From Gammaproteobacteria bacterium (GTDB lineage: Bacteria; Pseudomonadota; Gammaproteobacteria; Steroidobacterales; Steroidobacteraceae), in contig PMMB01000273.1 in assembly GCA_003165495.1 (NCBI GenBank), positions 1-50,585 of the forward strand: DNA of 50,585 nt. Direction: 5' to 3'. A program made the translations under genes and the position numbers. The stretch's first letter is position 1. The number at the start of each line of letters is the position of its first letter. The notes under the pieces were generated by a model, which was given only the letters and a program-made list of their open reading frames with translations, was not told the DNA's origin and searched no databases. Of this stretch, positions 38,093-46,713 are shown piece after piece.

Positions 38093-38317
38093 ATGGAGGC
38101 TGCGAACACGGGACGGTCGGATCTGCGCAACAACATTGCGCGCCGCGCGATGCTGGAGCGCGGATTGTTGCCGGAGTTCTCCGCTGCGGCCTTGCGTCAG
38201 GCAGACTCCATTAGCGTGCCTGCCGCGACAACGGACCTTGATACTCGCGATCTGCGAGCAAGTTCCTCCCCCGCTAGGGTGTTAAGGATGCGGATCTCGC
38301 ACCCGCACCGGGACTGA
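38093..38317 (+). pseudogene. Probable N-terminal fragment of an RNB-family (RNase II-like) ribonuclease gene
   Basis: DLRNNIARRAMLERGLLPEFSAAALRQADSISVPA..TRDLR resembles, from memory, the N-terminus of ~430-aa proteobacterial RNB-domain ribonucleases. No RNB catalytic domain follows. Confidence 0.35.
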
Positions 38318-38436
38318 CCGCATCGAGCTACGCGAAATTCCCAATACAAGCCGGCGTCTCTTGACGTTCACAATCGCTGAATCACCGCGTCGATAGGGTG
38401 TCTGCCGAAGCGGAACGATCTCGAGAAGGACAAGCA

Positions 38437-39351
38437 ATGGCGGGCCATACATTTGAGCGGATTCTCATTGCCGTCGCCGACCCGTCGGTGGGCATGACCA
38501 AAGCGATACGCCGCGCGAGCGACTTGGCGCGCAAGACGGGTGCCAGCATTGAATTGTTCAATGCGATGCCATCGGCCATTTCTGAGGGAACAATGCACGC
38601 CGAAGCGGAACGGTTCACTCGTATTGCGGCGGAACAAAACCACCGTCGGCTCGAACGGACCGCGAACCGGCTGCGGCGCGAAGAGCTTATCGTCACTACG
38701 AACGTGCGGACGGGCTCTCCGATCCTTGAGGCGATTCTGCGTCAAGTTCGGCAGACTAAGGCGGACCTCCTGGTCATCGAGGCGCGCAAGCACAATGTCT
38801 TCGCCCGCTTGCTGCTCACTCAGACTGATTTTGAGCTCATCCGACGTTGTCCGGTTCCCCTATTGATTGTGAAGGGACGAGCGGCGTGGCGCAGCCCCCG
38901 TATCTTGGCGGCTCTGGATCCGTTTCATACCAACGACAAGCCGAGCGAACTAGACGGTGAAATCGTCAATGCGGCACGAGCCGTCGCGGCGGTAGTTCGC
39001 GGCTCCGTGCATGCCGCGCATATTTACCGCTCGCTCGTGACGTATTTTCCCGGCGTGCCGATCGGTGCAACGGTGCGCGCAGCGATTCCTGCGCAGGAAA
39101 ACACCTATAAGGTCGGGGTCCGACGACGATTTTACGAAGCCCTCAGCCGATATGGAATTGCCAAAAACAAGTCGCGCCTGATTTGTGGCGATCCTGCGAT
39201 CGAACTGCCGGCTCTCGCGCGCTCCATGAGGGCTGGACTCGTTGTCATGGGGGCGATATCCCGCTCCCGGTTGAAGCGGATTTTTATCGGCAGCACCGCC
39301 GAGCATGTGCTCGATAGCCTACACTGCGACCTTCTAGTGGTGAAAGGGTAG
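38437..39351 (+). CDS. Universal stress protein, tandem USP domains, paralog 2 (more divergent)
   Basis: MAGHTFERILIAVADPS start preceded by GAAGGA. Two USP domains with a C-terminal GAISRSRLKRIFIGSTAEHVL. Confidence 0.9.
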   Translation: MAGHTFERILIAVADPSVGMTKAIRRASDLARKTGASIELFNAMPSAISEGTMHAEAERFTRIAAEQNHRRLERTANRLRREELIVTTNVRTGSPILEAILRQVRQTKADLLVIEARKHNVFARLLLTQTDFELIRRCPVPLLIVKGRAAWRSPRILAALDPFHTNDKPSELDGEIVNAARAVAAVVRGSVHAAHIYRSLVTYFPGVPIGATVRAAIPAQENTYKVGVRRRFYEALSRYGIAKNKSRLICGDPAIELPALARSMRAGLVVMGAISRSRLKRIFIGSTAEHVLDSLHCDLLVVKG

Positions 39352-39354
39352 CGC

Positions 39355-39605
39355 CAAAGTCCGTCCGTAATATCGAGCGACTCGTAGAACCAATGATTGG
39401 AACTCGTGGCACCGCGGCTGCGGATGTCACCGGCGAATCCCAAGTACATGCCGATGTGGCAGGCGGATGGCTGAAGTCCAGTAATCGCTCGCGCCCACTC
39501 GGTTTCGCGCGCCGACGCGGGTAGTAGTTGCGTGATCGTATTGCGAGCTCCCACATCAGAGAACACGAGCGGACAGTGTTCCTCCGTGCCGTTCTTCCAG
39601 CATGT
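39355..39605 (-). pseudogene. Internal fragment of a phytoene-desaturase-like NAD(P)/FAD-dependent oxidoreductase (COG1233-type)
   Basis: WKNGTEEHCPLVFSDVGARNTITQLLP..PSACHIGMYLGFAGD..NHWFY matches the central region of that family. A stop codon bounds it immediately upstream, and it lacks both the N-terminal FAD motif and the C-terminus. Confidence 0.4.
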
Positions 39606-39896
39606 TCATGCCGCGCGTGCGAAGCGACCGACCCCTTCCCGTGCCGAGCGGATGCGCCAAACTCGGTTTAATCAGCCAGTTCGTTGAAATTCCGGATGAT
39701 TTGGTGTTTACCGTCGAGTATTCGGTTCGACCGGCACAAACGGCCGTTTATCAGTTACTGAATATCTCGCGTGAGATTCCGACGATTACGCCACACGACA
39801 AATCATGGGTCACTCAATTGGATGCGGTGCTCAAGGCGTTTGCGTAGAATCGCAGTTGCACGATCAATCCTCCCGCCGAACTGCTTAAAGAGGTGC

Positions 39897-40328
39897 CTAT
39901 GTCGCCGGCTGAGCACGCGGGACACTGACTCCGAAATGCGCACGTACTTTGGCGATGATCTGTGGATCTGTCATTTTATCCTCGGTCTCCACGGCCGCGA
40001 CTCTTGGTCCACGCTTCCCCCTCAGCAACCGCTTATGCAGTTCGCCTTTGGCCTCGCCGGGGCCAAAGAGCAGCACGCTCTGGCAGTCGCAAAGCGCGGC
40101 GATCACGGCGTCGTAGTAGATATTGAGTTCCCCCGTCAGCCCTCGTTGGCGTCTGTCGTCAGCTGGCACTTGACCCGATTCATAGGGGCCTCTTAACGGA
40201 GAGTCACCACCCCGTTCTAAGTGCTTCTCAGCGTTTGAGAGGATATGTGCGATGTGTTCACCGTCGGCGGTGAGCGTCACGATCACAGAGTGGCGGTGAT
40301 CGATCCAGATGCCGGCTTTACTACTCAT
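39897..40328 (-). CDS. Stand-alone eRF1 middle-domain-like (baeRF/host-attachment-like) protein with an RGGD loop
   Basis: 143 aa, with GGAG 9 nt upstream of the ATG. By eye it aligns to the eRF1 M domain: KAGIWIDHRHSVIVTL / KHLERGGDSPLRG / SVLLFGPGEAKGELHKRL against human KFGFIVIDGSGALFGTL / KKHGRGGQSALRF / GLVLAGSADFKTELSQ. Confidence 0.5.
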   Translation of the reverse strand: MSSKAGIWIDHRHSVIVTLTADGEHIAHILSNAEKHLERGGDSPLRGPYESGQVPADDRRQRGLTGELNIYYDAVIAALCDCQSVLLFGPGEAKGELHKRLLRGKRGPRVAAVETEDKMTDPQIIAKVRAHFGVSVPRAQPAT

Positions 40329-40790
40329 CTGATTTTCTCCGTGCTGGGTGAAGGGTTGCCACAGAACATCCGGGGCCTCTAGCGGAACCTAGACGCCAGG
40401 GTAGGCTGGCGCGACGCGGCATGCGAATCTCAAGCCTGAGCCACTCGCCGTCCGCCTTCCGCAAGGGCCTGATCGGTAGCTGGCCCGGGTCATTGTAGGG
40501 CAACAGTGCCTGTTGTGCGCCGTCCTGGCCAATCACCTGACGAAAGTAACCTTGGCAGTACAGCAGCCCGATGCCCACGACCGGCACCCCGAGATCGCTC
40601 GCCGCCTTGAGCTGATCCCCCGCGACATTGCCGAGGCCACCGGCGTAGATCGGCAATGCCTCGCTCAACGTTCAAGTATGCTCCACAGCTGATCGGTAGC
40701 GTGGTTCCAGGACCAGCGCAGATCCAAAGCCAGCTCGCGTAAGAGCGCGACTCCCGAGTCGGTGTTCGATACGGTGGCGCTCGCAGTCAT
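40321..40790 (-). pseudogene. glgP: Alpha-glucan (glycogen) phosphorylase gene remnant with an internal deletion, a frameshift and 3' truncation
   Basis: From ATG 40790 (GGAG RBS) it reads MTASATVSNTDSGVALLRELALDLRWSWNHATDQLWSILER-stop, the DUF3417-type N-terminus. In the next frame comes LSEALPIYAGGLGNVAGDQLKAASDLGVPVVGIGLLYCQGYFRQ. About 700 aa of the normal protein are missing. Confidence 0.7.
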
Positions 40791-40853
40791 GATAGTGGCT
40801 CCGTGGCGTCGTTGATCGTGGTCGACGAAGCGGGATCTACCGACGGGTAAGTG

Positions 40854-41207
40854 TCATGATTGGAGCCGTACCATGCGCGCCGCTCCGGACCGATCGTGCT
40901 GAAGCTCTTGCAACTGCCGCTTGGCATTATTGAAGGCGTCTCGCAAGGCAAGGTATATATCCTTGTGTCCTGCACCATCGACATGGAGACTGTCGGCATG
41001 GATCTGCGCACCGGGGACGATTAGGTCAATCTTGACTAGATAGGGCGCTCGAGTGTCGCTGCGGGTATCCGGGCCTTCGAGCGTTATATGACAGTGCGTG
41101 ATCCGCTCGTTATAGCACTCCAACCTAGACCCCAATTTCCGCGCTCGATCCTCGAGGGCGCCCGAGCGATCAAAGTGGCGGAATGATAACGTGATGGGCG
41201 GTCGCAT
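40854..41207 (-). CDS. hpf: HPF/RaiA-family ribosome hibernation/translation-inhibition factor
   Basis: MRPPITLSFRHFDRSGALEDRARKLGSRLECYNERITHCHITLEGP..YLVKIDLIVPGAQIHA..KDIYLALRDAFNNAKRQL follows the S30AE/HPF pattern. I placed the start at internal ATG 41207. Confidence 0.75.
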   Translation of the reverse strand: MRPPITLSFRHFDRSGALEDRARKLGSRLECYNERITHCHITLEGPDTRSDTRAPYLVKIDLIVPGAQIHADSLHVDGAGHKDIYLALRDAFNNAKRQLQELQHDRSGAARMVRLQS

Positions 41208-41363
41208 GGTCGGGTACCGATAAATGTCCTGTATGGCAATTATCGGCAATCACCGTCTCAGGTTACATCAGGGATTCCCGACCGGCGATGCGTAGAGCCC
41301 GCTGGCGCTCGACGGTATGCACGTACCGGCCAAGCCGACAGCTAAACTCAAGCAATCGGGCGC

Positions 41364-41579
41364 CTAAGCTTTATCGGTCAGCGTCAGGTGCAACTTCACC
41401 AGATGAGCCACCGAACGCGCGCCCATCTTTTCCATGACCTTGGCTCGATGGATTTCGACGGTGCGTTCGATCAAGTTCAAATCGATCGAGATTACTTTAT
41501 TCGCGGCACCATCGACGACCATATCCATGACCCGTCGTTCGCGAGGCGTCAGAGAACTGGAACGGGTGCATTCGTCCAA
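41364..41579 (-). pseudogene. FixJ/NarL-type LuxR HTH domain without a receiver domain (truncated response regulator, or a stand-alone HTH)
   Basis: LTPRERRVMDMVVDGAANKVISIDLNLIERTVEIHRAKVMEKMGARSVAHLVKL resembles the FixJ C-terminal domain. No REC-coding sequence lies upstream. Confidence 0.55.
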
Positions 41580-41686
41580 TTACTGGACAAGCTCAGTAGT
41601 ATCGCTAATTGGATAAGCATAACCCCGGATAACTCTCGGCGGCTTATTGCACGACACTTAAGCCCGAGTATCGAACAATCGCCTAG

Positions 41687-42415
41687 GTGATCATTGTGAT
41701 GGCAGGCATCAGCGCGCCGTGTACCGGAGTTCTCGTCGCGATCGCCGCCGTATTCGCGATGATGAGTGGTGAGGCGCGCGCGTCAGAAGAGGCCGTCGAT
41801 CGAGCGACGCAAACGGCGCTGTCGCTCGATGCGCATCCAGATCGCGGCGCCTCGCAATTCAACCACTATTGCGCACGATGTCACGGTTCCCACGCCGAAG
41901 GCAATGCGAACCGTTCAATTCCGGCATTGGCGCGCCAGCGCTTTGCTTATCTCGTCCGGCAACTAGCTAATTTTTCGGGCTTCGAGCGCGACAGCAATAG
42001 CATGCACGGCGTTCTATCGCAGATCGAGTTGCGAGGACCGCAAACGTGGGTCGACATCGCTGCCTTTTTGAACAGAGTATCCTTCGTCAATCGCGCGCAG
42101 ACCGGTGACGGCACGCATGTGGCGCTTGGCCGGGGCATTTTCCACGAGCAGTGCGCGAGCTGTCATCGCATCGACGCACACGGCGATGGGGACGGTTTTG
42201 TGCCATCACTCCGAAATCAACACTACAGCTACTTGGTCAACCAAATGCATAAGCTGGGCGAGGGTCGTCGGCACAACGTCGATGAGGATCTCGTGCGCTT
42301 TTTACATAGCTTTGACGAGCAGGACATGAATGCGACCGCAGACTACCTATCGCGCCTGCGCGGTCCGGGCGCGGTGCACAAAGTGATGCGCAACGATGGC
42401 GTCGTGGTTGACTAA
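41687..42415 (+). CDS. Diheme c-type cytochrome (c4-like), copy 2
   Basis: Signal peptide and two heme motifs (CARCH, CASCH). Shares the QHYSYLVNQM / ADYLSRL motifs with copy 1. A USP gene follows 30 nt downstream with an AAGGAG RBS. Confidence 0.85.
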   Translation: MIIVMAGISAPCTGVLVAIAAVFAMMSGEARASEEAVDRATQTALSLDAHPDRGASQFNHYCARCHGSHAEGNANRSIPALARQRFAYLVRQLANFSGFERDSNSMHGVLSQIELRGPQTWVDIAAFLNRVSFVNRAQTGDGTHVALGRGIFHEQCASCHRIDAHGDGDGFVPSLRNQHYSYLVNQMHKLGEGRRHNVDEDLVRFLHSFDEQDMNATADYLSRLRGPGAVHKVMRNDGVVVD

Positions 42416-42445
42416 ATCATCCGAGCGACCAAGGAGAACATAGCT

Positions 42446-43381
42446 ATGGATCGAATTACAGATATCCTGGTGATCGTGAACCCCTTGGTCAGAGATCAGT
42501 CAGCCATTGCAAAAGCAGCGACACTGGCCAGGTGGCTTGGCGCAGGCATCGAACTCCTCATTTGTGACACTCAGTCCTCACGGGAAGCGCACACGGAGGG
42601 GGGGTTGCCGGAGCTCAGCAATGCGTTGCTCAGCGACAATTTGGATTCCCTGCTGGAGCAACTGGCCGAGCCGCTGCGCGATGACGGTATCGATGTCACA
42701 ACGCAGATTATCAGCGGCGATCCGCTGCATGAAACCGTCATTTCCTGGATGCGCAACTCGCCCGCGGATCTGGTCATCAAGGATACGCATCACCACTCGC
42801 TCGCCAAACGCACATTCGCGACCAATACCGATTGGCACTTGATACGAGCCTGTCCGGTACCTCTGTTGCTGACCAAACCGCGACTCTGGGGGACGCCGCC
42901 GGTGCTGATGGCGGCCGTGGACCCCGGCCATGTGAATGATCCGTCGGCGGCACTGGACCACCGCATTTTGGATGTGACAGTCTCGCTCGCGAATCGATTC
43001 GATGCGCAGGTATACGCGGTTCACTCGTATCTACCCTCGACGATAGCCACAGCGGCAGTCGGGGGTATGCCTCCCATGATTGGCGTGTCTGCAGAGGCAC
43101 TCGCAGCGGAGAGAGAATTTAGACGCTTACAGATCAAGCAATTAACTGATGAATACGGAGTCGCCGATGCAAACCTTCACGTCGACGCGGGTAGCGCCGC
43201 GGAGTACCTGCCGTGGATGGCTGCGGAATGGCGTGTGGACATTCTCGCCATGGGCGCCATCGCACGCAGCGGTTTGAAACGCGTGTTGATCGGCAGCACG
43301 GCGGAGCGCGTCTTGGAAACGCTCCCCTGCGATGCGCTCGTGGTTAAGTCGCCGGATTTCTCGCAGAATCTTCTCTTCTGA
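42446..43381 (+). CDS. Universal stress protein, tandem USP domains, paralog 3
   Basis: 311 aa, MDRITDILVIVNP start, VIKDTHHHSLAKRTFATNTDWHLIRACPVPLLLTKP. Close paralog of 36820-37755. Confidence 0.9.
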   Translation: MDRITDILVIVNPLVRDQSAIAKAATLARWLGAGIELLICDTQSSREAHTEGGLPELSNALLSDNLDSLLEQLAEPLRDDGIDVTTQIISGDPLHETVISWMRNSPADLVIKDTHHHSLAKRTFATNTDWHLIRACPVPLLLTKPRLWGTPPVLMAAVDPGHVNDPSAALDHRILDVTVSLANRFDAQVYAVHSYLPSTIATAAVGGMPPMIGVSAEALAAEREFRRLQIKQLTDEYGVADANLHVDAGSAAEYLPWMAAEWRVDILAMGAIARSGLKRVLIGSTAERVLETLPCDALVVKSPDFSQNLLF

Positions 43382-43394
43382 CGGGTTTTCTGGC

Positions 43395-43667
43395 GAGCTG
43401 CCCCACATCCACTATCCCATCGTTCCAGGGCACGAAATTGTTGGCATTGTGGAGGCGTTGGGTCCCAGTCCCGGCACGTTGACCATTGGGCAGCGGGTGG
43501 GGATACCTTGGCTGGGGAGAACCTGCGGGCATTGCGAGTACTGCATGTCGGATCGCGAGAATCTCTGCGACGCACCGACATTTACCGGAGATGACCGGGA
43601 TGGAGGGTTTGTGGATGACCTGCGTACTGGTTGCATTCAGGGGGCGGACGTTCTGGTGATGCGGTGA
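43395..43667 (+). pseudogene. Zn-alcohol dehydrogenase remnant (paralog of 3484-4470) lacking the first ~47 codons and the whole Rossmann domain
   Basis: GELPHIHYPIVPGHEIVGIVEALGP..GQRVGIPWLGRTCGHCEYCMSDRENLCDAPTFTGDDRDGGF is joined directly to DLRTGCIQGADVLVMR. That equals residues ~47-120 plus the last 16 of the intact ADH. Nucleotide identity to 3618-3840 is about 85%. Confidence 0.8.
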
Positions 43668-43675
43668 CGATGAAG

Positions 43676-43748
43676 CGCCGGGCATGATTTCCGTGGCAGC
43701 CGTCCAGTTCATTGTGTTGTGGCGGCTTGCGGAGAAACATGCCCGGCG
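43676..43748. terminator. Long stem-loop: perfect 11-bp inverted repeat CGCCGGGCATG / CATGCCCGGCG with a 51-nt loop, between convergent genes
   Basis: Read from the sequence. It fills most of the 99-nt gap between the ADH remnant stop and the BON copy 2 stop. There is no U-tract, so terminator function is uncertain. Confidence 0.3.
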
Positions 43749-43766
43749 AGACCATCAACCGTATTG

Positions 43767-44429
43767 TTATTGAATCACCAGACGATTTTCGACCTTGGCG
43801 ACACCCGGTGCGGCCCACGCAGCGTAAGCGGCATCCGCATGCTCCTGCCATGTGTGGACATGTCCTTTCAGGGTGACAGTAGAGCTATCTACCCTCACCT
43901 CAATGTCCTTGGCGTCAAGGAGCGCGTGTCGCTTAAAGGCCTCTTCGATCTTTTGCTTCACATCCGCTACCTTGACCGTGGAAGCGACCACGATGTCGTT
44001 GATGACCCCTTTCACGCCCATCAGATTGCGCATCGTATTTTCCGCAGCATTCCTCTGAAACCCCCACTGCACCTTCCCACTGAGCGTTACCCAGCCGTCG
44101 ACGACGACCGGTTTGATCTGTGCGGCGCCCGTTACCACATGCCATCGCAGTGCATTGGCCGCGGCCTCCGCAATCTCCGTGTCGCCGCGCGCGCCTGAGA
44201 GAGGAATCTTGACTTGAATCTCGTTCGCGATCGCCCTCACGCCGCTCACTCGCTTGGCGATATCCTCGGCCGCCCATTTACCTCCGAAATGGCAAACCTC
44301 TCCCGTCAGCGTCACGACTCCATCGTTGACGATGACACCAATCTTCTTGTCATCTACGCTGGGATCCCACTGCAACTCGGATTCCACATCACGCCGAATC
44401 TCGGTATCAGTTTTCATACTCGTCTCCAT
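43767..44429 (-). CDS. Triple BON-domain protein (OsmY-like), copy 2
   Basis: METSMKTDTEIRRDVESELQWDPSVDD.. is collinear with copy 1. The start is ATG 44429 or, more likely, 44417, which has GGAG 8 nt upstream. The ORF-track N-terminal extension is not conserved. Confidence 0.9.
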   Translation of the reverse strand: METSMKTDTEIRRDVESELQWDPSVDDKKIGVIVNDGVVTLTGEVCHFGGKWAAEDIAKRVSGVRAIANEIQVKIPLSGARGDTEIAEAAANALRWHVVTGAAQIKPVVVDGWVTLSGKVQWGFQRNAAENTMRNLMGVKGVINDIVVASTVKVADVKQKIEEAFKRHALLDAKDIEVRVDSSTVTLKGHVHTWQEHADAAYAAWAAPGVAKVENRLVIQ

Positions 44430-44991
44430 GGATGGTTCACACTCTCGTTCCTCGCAATATCCATCACTCGTTTTCTGTCGGCCACCACCCCACCATTCAT
44501 GATCTCGGTTTGTGCTCATCGTTGGGGTCCGCCCAGATTTCGCGTATTTCATATGCGCCTATGCCTTCACACAGCGAATACTGAGACGAGTAGAGCACAC
44601 GAACCATTCGTGATTTCCGCTATGGAATTGCTTATTTCACCTAGACCGCCACGGCGCGCTTCTAAGTTCTTCTATGCGGGTAACAACATCGCTACTGTCC
44701 GGGGATCTCTCATGGCATAGGCTGCGGAGTGTCAAGGATAATTACGCAATTGAGTTGAACTCGGATTGCGGGTTCCCACCTAGTTTACGTATCACTCGCG
44801 CTGCACCTTCCAAACCCCGGAGGTAAACTCGTTCAAAGACAGGGTAGAATCCCGTCGAAGCGCATTACGTTCTCGCCTGATGGATGGTGCTTGATCTTTT
44901 CGTCAAGATTAGTCATCGAATCAATCGAATTCTCACTTGAGCGCCTCCGACATCTATCGGCTCGCGTACGATCCCGCTGATAGGACGAGTG

Positions 44992-45912
44992 ATGCAAAAT
45001 AGAAAGTCGACTCGCGTAGTACGCACGACGTCTCACCGACAATCGTCGGGTGGGGGAGCTGCCCCTGAAGTAACAGTCACCATTGCTTTGCGTCAGTACA
45101 TCCAGCGCCTGCAGCGATCGCTAGATCGGACGCTAGTAGAACTGTCGCGAGCGGTCACGCCGGATACGGTGCATAGAACGCGCACTGCTGCGCGTCGATT
45201 GCGGGCGGTTCTATGCGCCTTCAGACGAGGATTGAATCCTGCCGCGCTCCATCGCTACGCTGCCGCGTTGCAGAAGTTGGCACATGACCTCGATGCGATG
45301 AGGGAGGCGGACGTCGCGCAAGAAGCCATCTCAATCCTGTCGCAAGAGCATGCCGGACAGGGCCGCGATCGAATGAATGGATTGAAATCTGCGGTTGTGC
45401 GAAACAGATCTCAGGCGGTTTGCGCTTTGCAATCGGCGATAGGGGCCGACCCATGGACCGCGCGCCTCGTGAAGTTGCGATATGTCGCGTCAGACCCTAG
45501 TTTGATCGTTGAATCACAAGAGCCGATGAGTTCGATGACGCAGCGTGTCTTGAAGCGTCGTCGCCGACGCCTCCGTGCGGCACTTCGTTATCGTGGTCAC
45601 GCATCGCGACGGTTGCATAAGCTTAGGCTGAAAATCAAGACGCTGCGGTACTTGTTGGAGCAGTGCGAATCGACCTATTCCGGCGCGGTGTGCGCGGAGG
45701 TCAAGCAATTACGCGAGCTGCAGGACTGCCTGGGAGATCTTCACGACGCATGGTGCTTGAGACGCGTGCTCAAGCGCCACTGGCGTTATCCCCGCGCGAC
45801 GACTGAACTGTCATCGGACATCGAAACTCGCCAAACGGAGCTCTTTCACAACTTCCGGAAGCACCGCAAGGAACTGCGGCGACTATGGCGCGCCGCGAGG
45901 AATACGGAATAG
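44992..45912 (+). CDS. CHAD domain protein (polyphosphate-granule associated family)
   Basis: Helical, basic protein with CHAD-type repeats (VHRTRTAARRLRAVL..., LHKLRLKIKTLRYLLE). Confidence 0.7.
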   Translation: MQNRKSTRVVRTTSHRQSSGGGAAPEVTVTIALRQYIQRLQRSLDRTLVELSRAVTPDTVHRTRTAARRLRAVLCAFRRGLNPAALHRYAAALQKLAHDLDAMREADVAQEAISILSQEHAGQGRDRMNGLKSAVVRNRSQAVCALQSAIGADPWTARLVKLRYVASDPSLIVESQEPMSSMTQRVLKRRRRRLRAALRYRGHASRRLHKLRLKIKTLRYLLEQCESTYSGAVCAEVKQLRELQDCLGDLHDAWCLRRVLKRHWRYPRATTELSSDIETRQTELFHNFRKHRKELRRLWRAARNTE

Positions 45913-45957
45913 ATGCCTTACGGGAAGACTGTGAGGCGCGTCGCAAGCGAGCTTCGC

Positions 45958-46713
45958 CTATTTCACCCTGAAGATCCCCGTGATCTTCAAGGTCGCCGGG
46001 TCGAACACCGCCAGCAAAGGGTACCCTCGTCCAGTCAGTGGCATCGAATTGGGCTGGTCCGTGACCACTCCCGCCGCACGCATGCGTTCCTTAAGTATCC
46101 TTTTGTCGGCGACCGAGAAGTACCCCACATCGTCTACCTTCTTCAGTTGCATTCGAAGCGCCGGCAAGCCCTGCTCCCAGCGCTTGAAATATCGCGGCAT
46201 CGATATGACATCGTCGCCTCCGCTCACGGCCGACGCCATGATCTTCCGGCGTTCGCGTGAGTCCAGCGGCAGCGGCGCCCAAATCCACCGCGGCAAGCTG
46301 TACCAATGCGGCACGAATTCTGCGTTCTGCCGGCGGGCGAGAGCCAACTCATCTGCGTCGATATCGTAAGCCTGAACAAGCTGTAGCACACTCTCGGAAA
46401 ACGCGTAATAGAGCGGCCGTCCATGCCAGATGGATACCGAGCCGTAGATCAGCGCAAAGAGTTGGACAGTAACGATCATCGCGATATCGCGCGCGAGTTC
46501 ACGCCGCGGTTTGCTCGAACGCGCGATAATGAAAGTGAGCAGGGGGCCGACAACGACATCAACTCCGGCCATCACGAAGACCACTTGCGAGACATCGGCC
46601 AGGTGCCAGCCCGGCCAGCGATACCATCCAAGATAGAGACTGCCGAATATGAGCGTGAGCGCGGCGGCGCTCGCGAGCAGATGCAGTCCGAATGCCTTCA
46701 GTCTAAATTTCAT
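45958..46713 (-). CDS. Membrane protein resembling TfpX/TfpZ-type type IV pilin accessory proteins (no pilin gene nearby)
   Basis: N-terminal TM helices (LKAFGLHLLASAAALTLIFGSLYLGWY, VDVVVGPLLTFII, IVTVQLFALIYG) and a soluble C-terminal domain. The resemblance to TfpZ is from memory only. Confidence 0.4.
   Translation of the reverse strand: MKFRLKAFGLHLLASAAALTLIFGSLYLGWYRWPGWHLADVSQVVFVMAGVDVVVGPLLTFIIARSSKPRRELARDIAMIVTVQLFALIYGSVSIWHGRPLYYAFSESVLQLVQAYDIDADELALARRQNAEFVPHWYSLPRWIWAPLPLDSRERRKIMASAVSGGDDVISMPRYFKRWEQGLPALRMQLKKVDDVGYFSVADKRILKERMRAAGVVTDQPNSMPLTGRGYPLLAVFDPATLKITGIFRVK

Noticed and set aside
44890-44909. FNR-like box upstream of the CHAD gene (CTTGATCTTTTCGTCAAGAT)
   Set aside because: It reads TTGA-N8-TCAA or ATCTT-N6-AAGAT, not the canonical TTGAT-N4-ATCAA. 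It is a single occurrence. I found no canonical FNR or CRP boxes in the intergenic regions by eye.
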